From Prochlorococcaceae cyanobacterium (GTDB lineage: Bacteria > Cyanobacteriota > Cyanobacteriia > PCC-6307 > Cyanobiaceae): DNA of 64,000 nucleotides. A model generated the notes under the pieces. The model saw nothing but the letters and a program-made list of their open reading frames with translations, was not told the DNA's origin and ran no database searches. The DNA is taken from positions 145 through 64,144 of the forward strand of contig JBIKVR010000001.1 of the NCBI GenBank assembly GCA_044356735.1. Direction: 5' to 3'. Made by a program: the position numbers and the translations under genes. Positions 58,927 through 64,000 of this stretch are shown one piece after another. Within the stretch, counting starts at the first letter, position 1, and every line of letters begins with the position of its first letter.

Positions 58927-59309
58927 GGCCCATGACCCGCCTGAACGACCAGCTGTTCCAGCAGATGGCCGCCGAGATCCGCGAGGAGATCCCGAGAGCT
59001 GAGGTGCAGTTGTACTCCTGCGGGGAAGCCTTCTGCTACAGCTCCCATGGCCGCTGGGAGGTCAGGCCCAGTCCGATGTGGCCCTCATGATCCTGGCCAG
59101 CGACGACTGGTACGCCAATCAAAACCGGATTAAGGCCCTCGGACAGCTGTAAAACAAGTCTCCCGCCATCGCGTTCCTGTGGACCTGCTGCTCTCCCCCC
59201 ACAGCCAGGCGGAGGAGCGGCACCACTGACTCAGCCATGAGATCGGCCAACTGCAGTCATCACCGCTCATGCTGGGCAATCTGGAGGTCATCCTCGATCG
59301 CTCCGAATT

Positions 59310-59573
59310 TTGCCACCCGGCTGCAGCTCCACCCGAATCGGCAAGTGCGACTTCGAGTGGACCCAGCCCGGCCTGGATCAGGAAGCGCGAATCACCTGCG
59401 ACTTCAGCTACTACGAAGACAACAGCGCCAGCATTAAGCTTTGGGTGCAGGGAAGCCAATTGTTTACGATGCATGAGGTGACCGAAGCTGTCGGGCACTC
59501 TCAAATTCAGGCCCACAGAAGTAAGCTTGATACCACTCTCGGCACGAACCCAGGAGCCAATCAGCATCGATGA
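59310..59573 (+). CDS. Hypothetical ORF whose stop overlaps the start of the STAND NTPase gene (ATGA)
   Basis: 87 codons open from a TTG: ...KCDFEWTQPGLDQEARITCDFSYYEDNSASIKLWVQGSQLFTMHEVTEAV.... There is no in-frame ATG before codon 54, and an adjacent frame (MLGNLEVILDRSEF, from 59269) may be its disrupted N-terminus. Coding status is uncertain. Confidence 0.3.
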   Translation: MPPGCSSTRIGKCDFEWTQPGLDQEARITCDFSYYEDNSASIKLWVQGSQLFTMHEVTEAVGHSQIQAHRSKLDTTLGTNPGANQHR

Positions 59574-62500
59574 ATCACCTCCTTGATGTCACGGGTGCAG
59601 ACATCGGTCTCCTCAGTGATGCTGATCTGCGGGTACTCACTGGGAAGCTCTGTGAGGCCGACTACCTTCAAGCAGGCTTGCCCACGTATGGGATCAGATG
59701 GGGTGGCCATCAAGATGCAGCAGATGGTGGTGTTGACGTTCAAGTCAGCAGACCTCCTGAATCGGATTGCACCATTTTCTCACCACCATCGGATAGCCAA
59801 ATTCCACGAGCTGATACTGTTTTTCAAGCCAAGCAGTGCAAGATGCCTAGGAGTTCAATCCTTGCGGAGATGGGCAAGGCTGGTGTTGTTCAACTTCTGG
59901 GCGAGCTGGCCTCTGTTGACGGAGCATATGTGATCGTCAGCGGAGAATCAACAACAAAGACGATGTTGGAAGATCGCATTGCAGCGATGCGGCAGGCCGT
60001 TGGATTAATCAGCAATAGTCATCGCCTTGCTCTTGACTTTTACGATCAGACCACAATTGCTAGCTGGGTCCGGCGACACGATACATTGATTCACTGGGTA
60101 CTTGAGAGGGTTGGCAGGCCGTCCTCCGGATGGCGCACTTATGGTTACTGGGCCAGCGGCAGGGGAACAGTTGAAGATTGCTATTTGCTTGATACGCGGG
60201 CAAAATTGATACCTCCCGGATCAACAGGTGAACCTGTGCCGATTGTCGAGGGCATACAACAGCTTCGCAGCCGCCTATCAAACTCACAGCGTGCGGTGCG
60301 ACTTGTTGGTCTGTCTGGGGTTGGCAAGACACGCTTAGTACAAGCACTATTTGATCCCCGGATAGGCAGTGAAGCACTAAATAAACATCAGGTCTATTAC
60401 GCTGATGGCTCATTAGCAACCCAGCCCGATCCCGTTCAACGTGCCGATCAACTGATCGCGGGAAGGCACTCAGCATTTCTCGTTATCGACAACTGCAGCG
60501 AGGAACTTCATCGAGCCATCAACCAACGATGTTGCCAGGAGAACAGCAATGTTAGATTGCTCACTGTTGAGTATGACATCAAAGAAGATGCTCCAACGGA
60601 AACGGATGTTTACCGACTGCAGCCATCAGACGATCAATTGATCAAAGAGCTGATCAGCCAGCGTTACCCAGAAGTCAGCCAGATCGACCGCTCAACGATC
60701 GCGAGATTTTCGGAAGGAAACACAAGAGTGGCGCTGGCGCTCGCTGATTCAGTTATGCACGATGGCAGCCTGGCTGGTCTTGGCGACTACGAGCTGTTTA
60801 AACGTCTCTTCTATCAGCGCAATGGAGAAGATAGGGGTTTGCTGGAAGCGGCCAAAGCGGCTTCATTGGTTTACTCATTCAGCATTGATGAAAATTCAGT
60901 AGCTGGATCAGAACACTCCGTTTTAGCAAATCTCTACGAGCAAACCGCAAAAACAATGCTTAGAATGCTCTCAGAGCTAAAAAGGCGAGAACTACTCCAG
61001 GCCCGCGGCCCATGGAGAGCCGTGCTTCCTCAAGCCATATCCAACAGACTTGCCAATGAGGCTTTACAAGAGCTTCCAGTACAGCAGATTCTACAAGCTT
61101 TTGATCCCACAGAAAATCAAAGGCTGCTTAAGTCATTCTGTCACCGAATAGGCTTTCTTCACGATGAGTCTGTTGCTGTACAATGCGCAAGTGAATTTCT
61201 ATCACCGGTCGGTCCCATCGGCTCCAGGCTTTTGAGAAGTGAAACATGGCACAAAGAAGCATTCTATCGTGAGCACTGGGATATAGACTGCCTTGTTTAT
61301 CTTGCGCCTGCTGATCCCAATGCGGCTCTACAGCTTATCGAAACTCTAAGCAATGGCACGGAAGGCGAACACTTCACATCAAGAGATAATCCACACTTTT
61401 CAAGAGTTGTAGGGCTCCTGTGCAAAATTGCTTATTCCGCAGATCTTTTTCCCCGAGCCATAGCGATCTTATTGCGGTTTGCACTAACTGAACAGCCAGG
61501 CGAGAACAACAACTCCATTCGCCATCAGATCAAGCCTCTCTTTCAGCGGCACCTATCTGGAACAATGGCACCTCAAGCTTTAAGGCTGGAAGTTGTCGAA
61601 AGCCTTTTGGATGCGCAGGATGCCAGCAGGAACGGGCTTGGTTTCTATTTACTGGAGGCCATGCTGAAGTCATCAGGTTTCATGTCGTACAATACCTTTG
61701 ACTTTGGCTCACGATCGCGAGGTTTTGGATACATTCCACCCACAGTTAAAGACGCCCAGCATTGGCATGAGACTGCCCTCAGTTATTGCGTGAATCTGGC
61801 AGTTTTCGATGATCCACGCTCGATTGAAGCTAGAGCCTTGCTTGCTCGTCAATGGAGATCACTCTGGCTGAATGTCAAACTTTACGATTTCATAGAAAAG
61901 ATCACTCGTGATCTTCATGCCCATCAGCCATGGATTGATGGTTGGCTGGCAATCAAGCAAACAATCAGACTCGATGGCAACGACGTAGCCGCAGAGATTA
62001 AAGTCAGACTTGAAAAACTTGCCATAGATCTTGCCCCAGCAGGGCTAGTTGAGAATGTGCTCCTTTATTTGTGCAGAGATCAATTCCACTTGATAAATAT
62101 CGTGGACGATGAGAACACAGAGAAGAGTGCCAATCAAGCTTTTTTACTAATGGAGTCAACCGCCTTAAGACTCGGCGTTGAAGCAAGTCACAACAAAGAT
62201 CTAATCAAGCAACTACTTCCTATATTGGTCAAATCTCAGAGTATGCTTATCAATAAGTTTTGCGAAGGCTTGATCACAAAACTTATTGATGCAACTTGGC
62301 TCGTCGAAAGCTGTTGCTCTGCCTGGAAACAGGCTGATCCATCCAGCAGAACCGTGGATATGCTGATTGGAGTCCTGAAACAGTGTGCCGATTTAGATCG
62401 CAAATCATATGAACAATTCCTTGATAGGTTAATGATTGAGCCTGATGTTGAAGCCGTATTTCCTTGCATTCAACTAGGTCTAGATATTGACGATCAAGCA

Positions 62501-63469
62501 GTAGAGAGATTAATTGCCTGCATCTATTCAGGGAGTGCACCGCTCCAAAGCTATCAGAAACTCGGCAATGCTTCTGTCGTCCGCAGAATAGACAATCATA
62601 CACTTCTTCGCCTACTTACTGCACTCAGGGATACAGAAAACGGTGATAGTTTCATCATTACATCCTTGTGTCTTGTAGTTTATCTCTCTGAATCGGATCA
62701 GTTACCAATCTCGTTTGTCGATTTTGCAAGAGAGAGTTTGGTGAGGCAAGCCTTTTCTCGTTCTCTAGGAATGCTACCAAACTTGGACTATGAGCTTCAG
62801 CAGATTTCCCAAGCATGCCTGTGTGGAGAACAGGGTGCCGAAGCGGCAAAAATAGTCGCAACCAATCTTCTTGTGAAAATCCTCGACAATTCAGTTACTG
62901 GATATCAAGATTATCCGATGCTGATGGACTCGCTGGCAACGTGTCAGCCCGCCATTTTCCTCGATGTATTTATCGGAAGCTTATCCAGCCATCGCGAGGA
63001 GATTGATAATATTTTTGATTCCGCATCTTGGCACGATGATCTTGGTTATAGGCATAACTCGCTTGACTTGATCGATCATGAGGTTCTTTTAGACTGGTGC
63101 GAGCATGATTCCGATCATCGCTTCTCGGCTCTTGCCCAGGCAGTTCAACTTTGTTGCTCCAAGCCTGATCAGAATGGGCGGCCTGAATTAGTATGGAGTC
63201 CAATTGCCTTAGAGCTTCTTTCTAGAGCGCCAAAAATTCATGATGTACTCATTTCATTTAGCTCTGTATTCTTCCCGCGATCTTGGACGGGATCAAGAGC
63301 AGATATGATTGCCGATAGATTACCACTTCTAGATATTCTACAGCAGCATCTCAATCCCTACGTCGCCACTTGGGCCTCAGCAAAGCGCATCGAATTAATA
63401 AATTACGTGGCCAATTTGCGCACGAAAGAGAAGCAAGAAAAAGACGCAATGTTTCAAAAATTCGAATGA
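59570..63469 (+). CDS. STAND-type P-loop NTPase with N-terminal Mrr-like PD-(D/E)xK nuclease domain and about 850-aa helical-repeat C-terminus (Avs-like antiviral candidate)
   Basis: 1299 aa. Nuclease-like motif AADGGVDVQVS(x25)VFQAKQCK (aa 50-91). Walker A LVGLSGVGKTRLVQAL (60308-60331). Walker B SAFLVIDNCSEE (D307). NB-ARC-like helical/winged-helix signature YRLQPSDDQLIKELI...ARFSEGNTRVALALA. The rest is a long Leu-rich helical region. GC is about 45% by eye, against more than 60% in the flanking core genes. Confidence 0.8.
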   Translation: MNHLLDVTGADIGLLSDADLRVLTGKLCEADYLQAGLPTYGIRWGGHQDAADGGVDVQVSRPPESDCTIFSPPSDSQIPRADTVFQAKQCKMPRSSILAEMGKAGVVQLLGELASVDGAYVIVSGESTTKTMLEDRIAAMRQAVGLISNSHRLALDFYDQTTIASWVRRHDTLIHWVLERVGRPSSGWRTYGYWASGRGTVEDCYLLDTRAKLIPPGSTGEPVPIVEGIQQLRSRLSNSQRAVRLVGLSGVGKTRLVQALFDPRIGSEALNKHQVYYADGSLATQPDPVQRADQLIAGRHSAFLVIDNCSEELHRAINQRCCQENSNVRLLTVEYDIKEDAPTETDVYRLQPSDDQLIKELISQRYPEVSQIDRSTIARFSEGNTRVALALADSVMHDGSLAGLGDYELFKRLFYQRNGEDRGLLEAAKAASLVYSFSIDENSVAGSEHSVLANLYEQTAKTMLRMLSELKRRELLQARGPWRAVLPQAISNRLANEALQELPVQQILQAFDPTENQRLLKSFCHRIGFLHDESVAVQCASEFLSPVGPIGSRLLRSETWHKEAFYREHWDIDCLVYLAPADPNAALQLIETLSNGTEGEHFTSRDNPHFSRVVGLLCKIAYSADLFPRAIAILLRFALTEQPGENNNSIRHQIKPLFQRHLSGTMAPQALRLEVVESLLDAQDASRNGLGFYLLEAMLKSSGFMSYNTFDFGSRSRGFGYIPPTVKDAQHWHETALSYCVNLAVFDDPRSIEARALLARQWRSLWLNVKLYDFIEKITRDLHAHQPWIDGWLAIKQTIRLDGNDVAAEIKVRLEKLAIDLAPAGLVENVLLYLCRDQFHLINIVDDENTEKSANQAFLLMESTALRLGVEASHNKDLIKQLLPILVKSQSMLINKFCEGLITKLIDATWLVESCCSAWKQADPSSRTVDMLIGVLKQCADLDRKSYEQFLDRLMIEPDVEAVFPCIQLGLDIDDQAVERLIACIYSGSAPLQSYQKLGNASVVRRIDNHTLLRLLTALRDTENGDSFIITSLCLVVYLSESDQLPISFVDFARESLVRQAFSRSLGMLPNLDYELQQISQACLCGEQGAEAAKIVATNLLVKILDNSVTGYQDYPMLMDSLATCQPAIFLDVFIGSLSSHREEIDNIFDSASWHDDLGYRHNSLDLIDHEVLLDWCEHDSDHRFSALAQAVQLCCSKPDQNGRPELVWSPIALELLSRAPKIHDVLISFSSVFFPRSWTGSRADMIADRLPLLDILQQHLNPYVATWASAKRIELINYVANLRTKEKQEKDAMFQKFE

Positions 63470-63767
63470 ATTGGGTTAATCAATTTGCATAGAATATTCT
63501 GTGTAATTTCTTCGTCGAATACAAGATGCGGCTCTAGATAGCAAAGCCTAGGACTGAATGTATTGCAGCCAGATCTTGGGGGCTTCCAGGCAAATTAGAT
63601 CCGCCGGCTATATTCACTCACCAAGCACCTACAACAGCACCTTAGCTGATTCCTTGAGCAGATCGATCCAATGTCATGGGCGTGCTGGCCGAGAAGGAGG
63701 CCAGCTACCAGATCCTCTGGGAAAGCTTCACCCGCGCCAGCAAGGGCAAGCTCGACACCCATCCTCA

Positions 63768-64000
63768 GATTACGCCACCTCGCTAAATGCCATGAAGTTA
63801 ATCATTAAATCCGCACGGGTTGCAGCGGCGCACGCGGCGAAGCGTGAACTTATCCTGCTCTACCGGGACATGGGGCATGAGATCTTGGAGAAGCAGGAGA
63901 CCATGGGCTAGGGAAAGTCGGTTGTTGAGCGGCTTTCCTCCGACCTAAAGGCGGAGCTTCCAGGAATCAAAGGATTATCCGCCAATAACCCATGGTTCAT
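63768..64000 (+). pseudogene. DUF1016 (YhcG-like PD-(D/E)xK) family gene with an in-frame nonsense codon; runs off the window end
   Basis: DYATSLNAMKLIIKSARVAAAHAAKRELILLYRDMGHEILEKQETMG*GKSVVERLSSDLKAELPGIKGLSANNPWF. This matches the DUF1016 N-terminal pattern (..AR......N.ELv.LYw.iG..I...Q...GWG.kvie.LS.DL..efPg.kGfS..N). The conserved Trp codon reads TAG at 63909-63911. No clear start codon. Confidence 0.65.

Overview
This window reads as a high-GC (about 60-65% by eye) picocyanobacterial chromosome segment of Synechococcus/Cyanobium type. That assignment is an inference from gene content: ycf20-like, ycf66, sbtA/sbtB, ictB, crtR, NIL-ferredoxin, txlA, xfp-ackA. Most of the window is ordinary housekeeping: pyrB, mpg, gatC, crtR, tRNA-Leu(UAG), ileS, glgP, trmB, glmM, slt, thyX, thiC with a TPP riboswitch, and acnB. 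hupE sits behind a cobalamin riboswitch.

Several accessory or lower-GC patches interrupt this backbone:
- 1-5209: a type I R-M operon (hsdR-hsdM-[killer/antidote TA pair]-hsdS).
- About 8370-10445: a single-gene TPR+GT9 insertion bracketed by direct repeats derived from the 5' end of mpg.
- 18276-19234 and 31995-32446: two degenerate IS5-family copies in direct orientation. They bracket a 12.7 kb glycogen/phosphoketolase/acetate-kinase cluster and sit next to a frameshifted cupin gene and a stretch of gene fragments.
- 44317-45681: an HNH-type intein inside the ThyX active-site motif.
- 52999-53770: a secreted TNT-like protein with an overlapping small helical ORF, a candidate toxin/immunity pair.
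- 58510 to the window end: a low-GC island that starts at the hupE stop codon. It holds a truncated higB, higA, small ORFs, a 1299-aa STAND NTPase with an Mrr-like nuclease N-terminus and a long helical C-terminus (Avs-like antiviral candidate), and a nonsense-mutated DUF1016 gene.

The STAND-NTPase island is my top candidate for the interesting system. I saw no rRNA and no CRISPR array. All family assignments come from reading the translations. No searches or computations were run, and GC statements are visual estimates.
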